Origin: Phaeosaccion multiseriatum
Lineage: Eukaryota; Protista; Ochrophyta, other classes
Assembly (NCBI GenBank): GCA_965112735.1
Contig: OZ218953.1
Coordinates: forward strand, 868,001 to 932,000
DNA: 64,000 nucleotides
Direction: 5' to 3'
Position 1 is the stretch's first letter. The number at the start of each line of letters is the position of its first letter. This document shows, in pieces, positions 23,953 through 35,278 of the stretch. Below the pieces are notes generated by a model, which worked only from the letters and a program-made list of their open reading frames with translations, did not search any database and was not told where the DNA came from. The translations under genes were made by a program, and so were the position numbers.

Positions 23953-26400
23953 TCATGTCTTGCTGCCACTACCGCTGCTCTGCTGCTCTGCTGCTTCTGC
24001 TGCTGCTGTGACTACTGTTGCTGCTACTGCTATTCCTTCTTCCTTCCGCTTCTTCCTATTCTCGTCGAGCAGTCTCCATACCACCGTGAAGAGCATGCTT
24101 TGCACGCCGTTGGTGAGAACTCTTGTCCCTAGCCCTCGGGTGAAAAGTCCCCTCCTGCGCAAGTGTTCAGGGGGGGAGGGGAGGAAGAGGGCAACGAGGC
24201 ACAAAGAGACAGGTATCATGAGGAGGAGGAGGGTGAGGACGTGGGAAGAGGGGGGGGCACTTTCACCTTCAGTTTCATAAACCGTAGCACATGAAATGGT
24301 AACGTATCGACGAGAAGCTGTTCCGACCGGGCCCCAGCCCTGGCCCTGCGACTCCCTCCCTTCCTTCCTTCCTTCCTTCCTTCCTTCCTTCCTTCCTTCC
24401 TTCCTTCCCTTCCTCCCTCCCTCTCGCCCTTCCTTCCATCCTTCCTTCTCTTCCTTCCTTCCTTCCCTCTTTCCTCCCTCCCTCCTCCCTCCCAACCTTC
24501 CTTCCTTCCTTCCTTCCTTCCTCCCTCCCTCCCTCCTCCCTCACCATCCATCCTTGTCGATAATTGCCCTGGCGACTGCCCTGTAAGAGTGGCGCACCGG
24601 CCCGCTGGCCATTGCCTGCTTCGACGTCTTGAGCACTCGAATAGAGTTCGTTACGACGTCGGACGAAACGCTCGCCAAGAAGCCAATGCCGGCGTTGCGC
24701 ATAATCTGTGGATGGACGGGAGGAGGAGGAGGACAAGGAGGAGGATCGTGAGCAAGAACAGAAGACAGCCTCCGGCATGACTGCATAATGAAGACAGACG
24801 TACACATCATGAACCCTCCCCCGTCTTGCCTCCTGTGCCCGCTTGGGCAGTCGCATTGACGTAGCCAGGTAGGCTCTTTACACTCCACCTACCTGTCCTA
24901 CCAGGTGCATCGGTACTCGCAACCTCTTGGAGAGCGTATTGTAGGTGAGGAACCAAGGATAGTGGCCCAGCATGGTGGCGGCGGCAGAGGCGAAGCAGCC
25001 TTGGTAGAAGTGACCCACCTCCCCCAGGCGGAGCTTGACAAACAGGGAAGCGAAGGCAACGCGCCCATCCACCTGCGAGAGACAGAGAGAGAGAGAGACA
25101 AGGACACAGAGACAGACAGAGAGGGAGACACACACACACACAGAGACAGACACAAAGACAGAGAGAGACACACACACAGGGAGAGAGGGAGACAGAGAAA
25201 GACGCATAAATGGAGCCCTGGGTATAAAACACAGTCAGAAGGAGGTGGAACAGAGAGAGCGTAGCTTGCCCTCTCTCCTCGCTGCTGTTGCTCCTCCTCC
25301 TCCTCCTCCTCCCAGCGCAATGGCAATCGTCAGGCCTCTCGGAAGAAAGAGCCTGCGCTGTCGCTCCGACTGACCTGAAGGACGGTCTTGCAAGTGTCGA
25401 GGGGGCTGATGGACATTCTCCACAGGCCTGCTGCGAAGCTCGACACGAGGGACAACAGCACCATCGGGACGCCAGGGAGGCTCTCTGCCAGAGAGAGCAT
25501 GGCCTCGTTGGCCGCCACAAAACCGAAGCGGGAGGCTGGGTTCTGCAGGACGGCGAACGTCCATCCTTGATAGAGCCTCACGATGCCCCCTTCCTTGTAC
25601 AGGGTGGACACTGCTTCTCGCATTCCCACTCCATACCTATTGATTGGCAATCAAGTGGCAATCGTCCGTCCGTACGTCCACCCGTACGTCCGTCCCAAGC
25701 GTATACACATGAAGGTATCGACGGTTGTGTGCATTTATTGCCGTGAGCGCATCGCGACATGCAACAAGGGGGGGAGGGGGGTGAGGTGGGGTGAGGAGAG
25801 GAGACAAGACACCGGCAACACACAACAGAGGAGAGGCGATTCGGGACCGGGTGGCAGCCCCAAAATCGTGCCGCGGCAGACAGATAGGTAGACAGGTAGG
25901 GAATGTAGGGAGATATGCAACCTGGTCTGGCCGCCGTGGTGATTCCAATACTTGGGGTGGCGTTTGTCAAGCTGCCCTTTCATGGGCAGGTTATCCGCCT
26001 CTCACCTGCTCTGATAATTGACTATGGTGCGGAGCCACATGAGCGAAAATACCTGGCAAAGTCCAGCAATTGCACCCGGAACACCGCCTCCCATTGCTCG
26101 GTTGCCCGCTTTCCTGAGAATCGCCCACCCCGTTGCAGGGTGAACGTGCTCCACGTGTTGCCCTATGATGTCTGCCGTGCCATCGAACAACATCTCCTGC
26201 TGCTTCCTCACCTCCTCTTCCTGCTCATGTTCGTCGCAGTGTGCAGTTTCTCCCCCGAGTAACACCAAACATAAGAAGAGGAAGAGGAAAAGAGAAGGGA
26301 GGGGGCCCAGAGCCTCCCTCCTCGAAGAAGGCATCTTTTTGCAGCAATGCGGCAGCTGCGACACGTGCTCGAAGGCAGGAGTGCCTAAGACACACCGACT
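23953..26400 (-). CDS. Mitochondrial carrier family (SLC25-like) protein, multi-exon; 5' end uncertain
   Basis: GGGVPGAIAGLCQVFSLMWLRTIVNYQ|YG..LYKEGGIVRLYQG; SPLDTCKTVLQ|VDG..FYQG; SDVVTNSIRVLKTSKQ..IIDKDGW|RGLFTRGLGTRVLTNGVQSMLFTVVW. Three carrier repeats. Confidence 0.88.
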
Positions 26401-26906
26401 CTTTAGCTATGAAAGGAGGAGAAGAAGAATGGCCGCGCCCAAACTCATATACACTAACCTTCCATCGTGGGGTCAATAATCAAGCGTTTGCCCCTTTTGA
26501 AGTGCGCGCACTGGAATCCGGCCGTCGACAAATGCTGATTAATCGCTGACTTCCCTTTTCTCTTTCTGGGCATCACCGCCTTTATTACATACCTGCTCCC
26601 TGTTCACAACTTCCATCATCGCTGCTGAAAATTCGAAGAAATCCGCACCAGATTCACCACTGCCACTAGCAGGAGTAGCAGCAGGCGGAGGGGAAGGAGA
26701 AGAAGAGAAGGAAAGAGCTGCGCTCTTGAGCAGTTGACCAGAGCAGAAAAAGGAGCAACCTCTCCCACGGAAGGATAAGCTTCAGTGAACGGGGAAGGGA
26801 AGTCGGAGAAGCGAAAGACTCACTTCTTGGGTGTCTCCCGTTCTCGCCTATTCGTGTGTAAAGCAGACCCTCAACGGGGGTGCTCAGCAGCCGAAGAGGA
26901 GGCGCC

Positions 26907-29900
26907 ATGAATGGGCAGGATGATGACGAGGCAGCAAGCTGGAGAGAGGGTGAGGGAGCGACCCTTGGTGAGCTCAAAGATGTTCCTTCGGGGGAGGAGA
27001 ACGAGGCCGTGGAGAAGTACCTTCGGAACTGCAAGAAATACGAGGTGCGGTGTGCTCGCAGGGGATGGAATGAGCCCATTCAGTGCTTTCGCATGTAACA
27101 GGAGTGCTGCTTGTCTTTCCTCTAAGCACAGCATACAGCTCATAACCTTCTCTCCTCCCCCTCCTCAAATCAAAATGGCGCACCCCCCCCCCCCCCCACC
27201 ACCACCCAGGTTGCTGTGGACCCGAGCATCGTCATCTCTCTCAAGACGGCGTGGCACATACTGGCCCCTACCAAGCTCTTCTGTGAGGGTTCTATGCTTC
27301 CTTTGGCCGGAATACTTGAGGGCAATCGACACATCAAGAAAGTGGTGTTGAGAGGTGAGTGAGAGGGTGAGAGAGGTGGGTGAGAGACATGGGAGGGAGC
27401 ACTATTGAAGACAGCGGAAGAAGGTGGTGCTGAAAGGTAGGATAGGGGTAAGTGAGAGTGAGAGAGGAGGGAGGGAGCTCCATCTCAAACAGGTTCAGAG
27501 GCAGGCGACGGGGAACGGGAAATGGTGTGTGTGTGTCATCGTGGACGTGCAAAGCACCACTTACGTACGACTTCGGTACCCTTTCCGCCTCCCCCCACCC
27601 CCACTTTCTGTCTCCTCCTCCTCTCCCCTGCGCGACTATACAGGAGCGGGGATGAACAATCGCAAGCCTGAGGCGGGTAACGGCAACTCCAACGCACGCA
27701 TCCTTCACCAGGTTTGTGTGGCCCTGCCTCGCGCCTCTGCGATACCCAATCTCTGCGATACCCAATCTCTGCTCTACCCAATCAATCTCTCTATCATAGG
27801 GTGCCCAATCTCTGTGGTACCCAACTGCAGTACACAACTGCGGTACCCAACTGCGGTACCCAGTCTCCCAAAGACCGAGCCTTTGTCTCCCAGAGTTGTG
27901 TCCCCTCTCATGCGATGGACCGTCTCCACGTTTTGTGTCCTCAGTTCCCTCCCTCCCTCCCTCCTTCCCTCCCTCCCTCCCTCCCTCCCTCCCTCCCTCC
28001 CTCCCTCCCTCCCTCCCTCCCTCCCTCCCTCCCTCCCTCCCTCCCTCCCTCTCTCCTTCCCTCCCTCCCTCCCTCCCTCCCTCCCTCCCCCCCTCCGTCC
28101 CTCCCTCCCCCTCCCTCCCCCCCCCCCCCTTGTCCAGATCCTCCGCAGCAATGACTCTGTAGTTGATCTCAATCTGAGCAACACCGGTGCGTCACAAAAC
28201 ACAGAGTCACTCACCCACTCACTCACTCACTCACTCACTCACTCACTCACTCACTCACTCACTCACTCACTCACTCTCTCACTCACTCACTCTCTCACCA
28301 CCCACTCACTCACTCACTCACTCACTCACTCTCTCACTCACTCACTCTCTCACCACCCACTCACTCACTCACTTACTCACCCACCCACTCACTCACTCAC
28401 TCACTCACTCACTCACTCCCTCACCACCCACTCACTCACTCACTCACTCACTCACTCACTCACCACTCACTCACTCACTCACTCACTCACCAACCACTCA
28501 CCCACCCACCCACCCATTGACTTACGACCCCACTCACCCCCCCCCCCCATTGGCTTATCACCCATTGCCTTCCCGCCCACTCCCTCAGGTCTCGACGACG
28601 ACGGCGTGACCGAGGTGGCCGCGGCTTTGAAAGAGAACAGCCACCTCACGGCACTGAACCTCTCGGACAATCTGTTTGGGGTGGCGGGCTGCAGAGAGCT
28701 TGTGGATGCCCTTAACCACAACGAGCGGCTGCAGGAGCTCGATGTTAGCAGGAACAAGCTAGGTATGCAAACAGACAGGGACACGGAGGGAGGGAGGGAG
28801 GGCAGGGAGAGAGGGAGGGAGGGAGAGAGAGAGAGAGAAATGGAGCAGGAACAAGCAACGATTGGTACAACACGGCCGTGTGCGTACGGGGAATTCCTCC
28901 TTGTAATTTCCCTTCCCTTTTGTGCCCCTCTTGTGCCTTTCTTATGCCCCCGCCTCTCCCTCCCCTCCCCTCCCCTCCCCTCTCCTCCCCTCACCTCACC
29001 TCACCTCACCTCACCTCACCTCAACACCTCGACTTCTCGCAGGCTTTGGCAGCGTGTCGAGCCTCCGAACAGGGGCCAATGGCCACGCCTCCCGCAGGGG
29101 GTGCTGCTCCTGCAGGGTACGCGTGGACGGCAACTACGTCTTTGAGGAGATTCTCAACGCACTGTCGGTCAGTGGGGGGAGGGAGGGAGGGAGGGAGGGA
29201 GGGAGGGAGGGCAGGGACCACCAACCAACCAATCAACTATACAACCAACCGACCAACCGGCCGACCAACCAACCAACGGACCAACCATCCCCGCCCCTCT
29301 CCCCCCCTCCTTCCCTCCCTCTTACCGCCTCACCCTCCCTTCCTCGCCCCCACCCTTCCTCGCTCGCTCTAACCACCTCCCACCACCTAACTTACAGCAC
29401 GGAGTCGGATTCATCGCGAGCGTAGTCGGAGGCATCTTGCTAATGTCCGCTGCGTCTGCCCCGGGGAAGAGCGAGTACCACTTTTGGTCTTGCGCCCTCT
29501 TCACGGCCTCGCTGCTCTTTTTGTACCTGTCCTCCACCCTCTTCCACAGCTTCTTTATGCTACCCAGGGTATACATTGTGCTGCAGGTGAGTGAGTGAGA
29601 GAATGAGTGCGTGAGTGAGTGAGTGAGTGAGTGAGGGAGTGTGTGTGTGAGTGAGTGAGTGAGTGAGTTTCAGTTTCAGTTTCTCTTCTCTTTACGTACT
29701 CACTTTCCCTCCATGTCTCTTCCCTCGGACTTGCTCGTCAACCTTCTCTCTTCTCTCTGTGGTCCATCCCCTCGCCCTCCCACCTAACCCAACTCCTCCC
29801 TCCCTCCCTCCCCTCCCTCCCTCCCTCCCTCCCTCCCTCCCTCCCTCCCTCCCTCCCTCCCTCCCTCCCTCCCTCCCCCTCCCCCACCAACCCTCCCAAC

Positions 29901-30056
29901 CCACTACAGCTGATGGACCACTGCGGCATCTACCTTCTCATCGCCGGCAGTTACTCCCCCTTCCTCATGATCGAGCTTCACCACGTGCACAGCGCTCAGG
30001 TCGTCATCATTGCCCAGTGGGTGGCTGCCATCGCGGGGTGCATTTTCACGTACGTG

Positions 30057-30098
<42 letters not shown>

Positions 30099-30806
30099 TG
30101 TGTGTGTGCGTGTGTATGTGGGTGTGCGTGGGTGGGTGGGTGGGTGGGTGTGGGTGTGGGTGGGTGCGACACAACTCATCCTCACTCACATTCTAAGTAC
30201 CCTCACCACCCCTACCCTCACCACCCCCCCCCCCCCCACATCCCTCTTCCTCCTCCTCCTCCTCCTCCTCCTCTTCCTCCTCCTCCTCCTCCTCCTCCTC
30301 CTCCTCCTCCTCATCCTCCTCCTCCTCCTCCTCCTCCTCCTCCTCCTCCTCCTCCTCCTCCCCTCCTCCTCCTCCTCCTCCTCCTCCTCCTCCTCCTCCT
30401 CCTCCTCCTCCTCCTCCTCCGCCTCTCCTCCTCCTCCTCCTCCTCCTCCTCCTCCTCCTCCTCCTCCTCCTCCAGCATCTCTACCCCCAAGAACACAGCC
30501 TCGAGTGCATACATCGAGGTCGCCATGTACCTCGCTATGGGTCTCTCCATCGTCTGTGTGTGGTCCGAAGCCGTGGAGCACTTCCAGCCGGTCACCTTGA
30601 ACCTCATTGTGGCAGGAGGAGCCTCGTACATTTTTGGCATCCTCTTCTTTGTGGCTGGAGAGTTTATCCCCATCTACCACTGCGTGTGGCATGTGTTTGT
30701 GATGGTGGCGAGCGCCCTTCATTGGTGCGCCATTTACTTTTATGTGGTGCAGAAAGATCTGGTGGACTGCGTTGCTCCTCCTTCCCTCGAGCATGTACAT
30801 ACGTAA
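26907..30806 (+). CDS. RNI-like leucine-rich repeat protein fused to a hemolysin III / PAQR membrane domain
   Basis: LRRs ILRSNDSVVDLNLSNT|GLDDDGVTEVAAALKENSHLTALNLSDNLFGVAGCRELVDALNHNERLQELDVSRNKL, then HlyIII motifs EEILNALS|HG, SSTLFH, DHCGIYLLIAGSYSPF, GGASYIFG, HCVWHVFV..H. Confidence 0.88.
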
Positions 30807-31642
30807 GGAATGTGCGGATGCTTCCTTCCTTCCTTCCTTCCTTCTCTTCCTTCCTTCTCTTCCTCCCTTCCTTAGACTTGTTCCTTGGAATAAAAGTGTG
30901 CTTCTTCCTTCAGATTCCTTTCCTTGGAATGAGTAAGGAGGGTGCTCGAGTGAGTGACGTGACATGGCATCGCTTGGCGTGGTGTCATGGCTCGAGAGAG
31001 AGGGGGAGAAAGTAGAGGGATACTACCGAGTGTCAGGCCCACCACTACCGAGTGTCAGGCCTGTCATACGGAGAGTCAGGAGAGTCAGGAGAGTCAGGCG
31101 CGGCGCCAGACAGACCGATGGAGGTGGAATGGAATGGATTGTCGGGTGGGCCTACCCTACCGCTCGGTACGGCACTTGCTTGGTACAACACGGTACAACA
31201 CGGTAGATTAGACTCTCGGTTTGACACTTGGTAGGAGGATGTACTCTAAGTGCGTCGGGGCATTCGAAATTAAAGGCGTGACATTGTATGGAAAGGGAAG
31301 AGAAAGGCTTTTCCTCTTTTTTTTTCATATATGTATAAGCTTAACATTGTATATAAAACAAAGAGAACGAGGATTGTGCTCACTTACTCTGATTTATCCA
31401 AAATGTGGGTACTGAGGGGGGGGGAGGGAGGGTGAAAGATGCCCCAAGCTCCATTAAACACTCTCCTTCGTTGCTTCTTGTATCAATTCTTCCCCCTCGG
31501 GGCGATTGTCATGAGAGCGCTTGCCCTCCTCTGAGACGCTGTCCCCCAAGAGAGGCTTAAATAGCCTATACGGTGAAAGCTACCCAGCACCACAGCACAC
31601 ACCTACCCTACACCACACCAGTTGGTGATACACCACACCGCA

Positions 31643-33565
31643 CTACACCTTCTGCTTCTTGGCTGCACTGCTGCCGTTCGCCCCCTCCCCCTCCCCTCCC
31701 TCCTTTGGCAACCTGCATTCTGCCGCCCGTGCGTGGCCTTCGAGGCCTTCTATCCGCCCAAGCTGTACGCTGTCCTTGACGAGTTGCTCAGATGCCGCCT
31801 TGTCGTCGATTCGCATCCAGGTACGGACTCGGAGGAAGTTGAAGACGGATAGGCCGCCCTAGGATGGAGGGAGGGAGGGAGGGGGGGGAGGGGAGGAGGG
31901 GAGGGAAGAGGGAGGGGAGAGGGAGGGGGAGGGAGAAATGGAGAGCGAGCCCACAAGGCATAGAGACGGGGGGGAGGGAGTTGGAGCTTGAGAGAACGCA
32001 CGTGGAGCTCAAGTATATGTCAGTGAAGCGTTCAGTCCCACACAAGCAAGTGCCAATGAAGGGCACACATGGAGCTCAAGTATATGTCAGTGAAGCGTTC
32101 AGTCCCACACAAGCAAGTGCCAATGAAGGGCACGTGGAGCTGAAAGCGTGTGTCAGTGAAGCCGAAGGGGTTTGTTTCAGTCCAACACAGCGTATGCTAT
32201 AGTGAAATGGATATATACGTGCCAGGCAGACGCACGAGTGTTGATCCTCTCACCGTGTAACGCCCAGTCCCCCCGGTGGGCAGCACGTGGTTGGGTCCTG
32301 CGCCATAGTCACCCAATACCTCCGCCGCCCCCTCGCCGATGAACAGACCGCCTGGAGGGGGGGGACACAACGAGAGGGAGAGAGAGAGTGGTGCGTGAGA
32401 TCGATTTCACACGTCCAAGAGCATGCAACCAGCAAAAGCAATAACAACAACAGTATCATCATCTACGAAGCCTCACCAAAATCTTATCTAATCCAAACCC
32501 AACCGAACCCAACATGTTAACGCCCTTCCCCCAACCTATATACCTATACCATTAACGTGGAACGTGGAACGTACCGTAGTTGTTGCACCTGTCCGCTACT
32601 GCCTGCGAATCCCGTGTCTGAATTTCGAGGTGCTCGGGCGCAATCTTGTCCGACACGGCAAGCGCCTCCTCCACAGAGGCACACACGACGGCAAAGCCCT
32701 CCTTCACGGCCTCTCGAGCGGTGTCTCGTGTGGGGAGGGAGGACAGACGGAGGCGGAGCGCAGCATTCACTCGGGTCACGAGGTCTGTTGTTGATATTGT
32801 TGTGGGGGAGGGAGGAGGGGGGGGGGAGGGATGAGCGTGCGTGTGTGCGCGCGTGTGCGTGTGAGTTGTATGTGTGTGTGTATGTGTGTGTGTGTGTGTA
32901 CGTGTGTGTGTGTGCGTGTGACTTGTGTGTGAGGAAGGTAGGTAGGAAGGACCGCACCTGCGTCGGTGGAGACGAGGATGGGCCTGGCGTCAACGTCGTG
33001 CTCTGCTTGCGCCAACAGATCGGCCGCCACGATGTCCGCGTTGGCTGTCTCGTCCGCAATGACCAGCACCTTGTGGGAGAGGAATGGTGAGGTTAGGGGA
33101 TGGGAGGGAGGGAGGGGAGAGAGCAAGTGGGGGAAGGGAGGGAGGAGGAGACGGAGGAAGGGGAAGGGGAGTTGGAGTTGGGGGTGCGAGTGGTTAAAGG
33201 AAGCCTCCTTCCCTCCCTCCATGCCTCCCTCCTGACCTCCATCCCCTGAGTCAAGTCACCCAAAGAGTTGCCCAACCCAACCTCTACTACCTCAGACACC
33301 CAATCTACCCCCCCAATCTCCCCTACCTCGGAGGGGCCTGCGAGCATGTCAATGGAGCATCGCCCCTGCACCAGGGACTTGGCGGCGGTCACCCATCTGA
33401 TCAGAGAGAGAGAGAGATCAGGCATATGGGTCAAAGGTTACAAGGGAAGAAAGGCACATGACCCGAGCAAGCAAGAGTGCAGAGAGAGAGAGAGGGATAG
33501 AGATAGAGATGGACAAATAGAGACGTGGAGAGAGGGAGAGAGAGGGAGAGAGATTTGAGATTGAG

Positions 33566-33605
<40 letters not shown>

Positions 33606-33698
33606 GATAAGAGAGAGAGACACACAGTACGCAGGTCGGCTGGGACGCCATTTCGTTCAGCAGCAGATACCAGCAAACACAAAGCACCCTCCCCACAT

Positions 33699-33765
<67 letters not shown>

Positions 33766-34814
33766 AAGACAACTCTCACCTATTCCCGGGCCCCACAATG
33801 ACGTCACAGGCGGGCACGTCCCCCACCCCCTCGGCCATGGCGGCAATGGCCTGCGCCCCCCCTACACACAGGAACGCGTCCGCCCCGGCCACGTATGCGG
33901 CTGCCAGAGTGGTCGGAGCAGGCCGAGGGGAAGCTACTACAACAGTTGGTACACCGGCCACGCGCGCTGTGATGGCGGTCATGAGTACTGAGGAGGGGAG
34001 GGGGTAGCGCCCCCCGGGGGCGTAGCAGCCGGCGGTGGCGACGGGGGCAATGGTCTGGCCTGCCTTGCCCCCCGGGATGGGGATCTCCACCTCTGTGACA
34101 CTGTTGCGCTGCGCCTGGTGTGGGGTGTGGGGGTAGGGGGTGAGGGTGTTGGGGAGGAGGGTGGGGGGCGGGGCAAGGCAAGAGAGCACCGCAACGAGGA
34201 GGCAGACAGGGGTGGGAGGCTGGTGTTGTCAGTATTCTATGTATGACAGAGACCTAGGAAAGCAACAACACAAGCGCTAGAAGATGGCCCACCATTTAAT
34301 GTGGATAAAATAGATCCCGCCCCCCTCCCTTCTCTGTCTCCGCCTTCGTTTGCTGTCCTCTAGTAGCGGGGACACATCTCCCACAATTGGGCCAAGAGCA
34401 TGTCGACACTCTAACATAGCCACCAGTATCGCTGCGCACGACACATGAATGCCTGCCTGCACCCCCCGCCCCTCCCGCCCGCCCCTCCCTCGCTGGCTCG
34501 CCGTTCTCGCTCACCTCAGCAAACGTCTTAATCCGCTGTGCAGTCCTCTCTAGAAGCTCCTGCTCCCCCTTGTCCAGCCCCTCGAACGTGCTCTTCAACA
34601 CCTCCTTGGACACGGTGTAGCTGTCGGTCTCGGCCTTTAGGTCGCCGAGCTTGCATGCCTGCCGCTTCAGGCCAACCTCCCCGTGTTCCCGCACGTCCTG
34701 CACAATAACCTTCGCCTGCTCCAGAGCCTTGGGACACACCGGGTCCACGTGGGTACCGTGCACCTTCGAAGCCTCGAGGATGCGGAGCACAGGCTCTTCC
34801 GCGCTGGGGGCCAT
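31643..34814 (-). CDS. hisD: Histidinol dehydrogenase (about 7 exons)
   Basis: [28 protein letters not shown]; [19 protein letters not shown]|[15 protein letters not shown]|[17 protein letters not shown]; IAPEHLEI; [21 protein letters not shown]|GGLSV; [13 protein letters not shown]. Confidence 0.97.
31999..32160 (+). repeat. ~66-bp tandem repeat (about 2.4 copies) in a hisD intron
   Basis: tggagctcaagtatatgtcagtgaagcgttcagtcccacacaagcaagtgccaatgaaggg recurs at 32003 and 32070, and partially at 32135. Confidence 0.85.
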
Positions 34815-35278
34815 TGTTCTCCCCTTTTTCTTGTGTTGCTTGTCCTCCCTTGTTCTCCTTCTTCTCCTCCCCTTGCCCTGCGTAATCTTTCAGACTCCTT
34901 CGAGCTGAAGAGCTGCTGCTGCTGCTGCTTGCTGCTGTTTGAGCAATCCGCGCCCCCCCCCACAAGAATCGATCCGTGAGGTGGCCTGGCGACTGTGGAT
35001 TACCAATGACCCCTGGACTTGAAAAAATCAGCACAGACTTGTCAGGAGGAGAGGCGCACTTTTATAGTGTCGACCTGTCCCTCCTTCCCCCTCCTCTAAA
35101 AGGAGGTCAACGCTGCTTAAATAACCACAACTGCTACATTCCAGCAGTAGTATTGGCTTAGTGAAGGATTTCTCATGGCAGGAAGGTGGCAGGGCTGGTA
35201 GTAGCAGCAGCAGTCAAGCAAAGAGAGGTACACATCAAACATTTCAAACCATGACACCACCAGCAGCAGCAGAGACAA

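Noticed and set aside
27424-29145. 573-aa continuous ORF
   Set aside because: Read-through of (CCCT)n and (CACT)n introns linking real short LRR exons; not the true protein.
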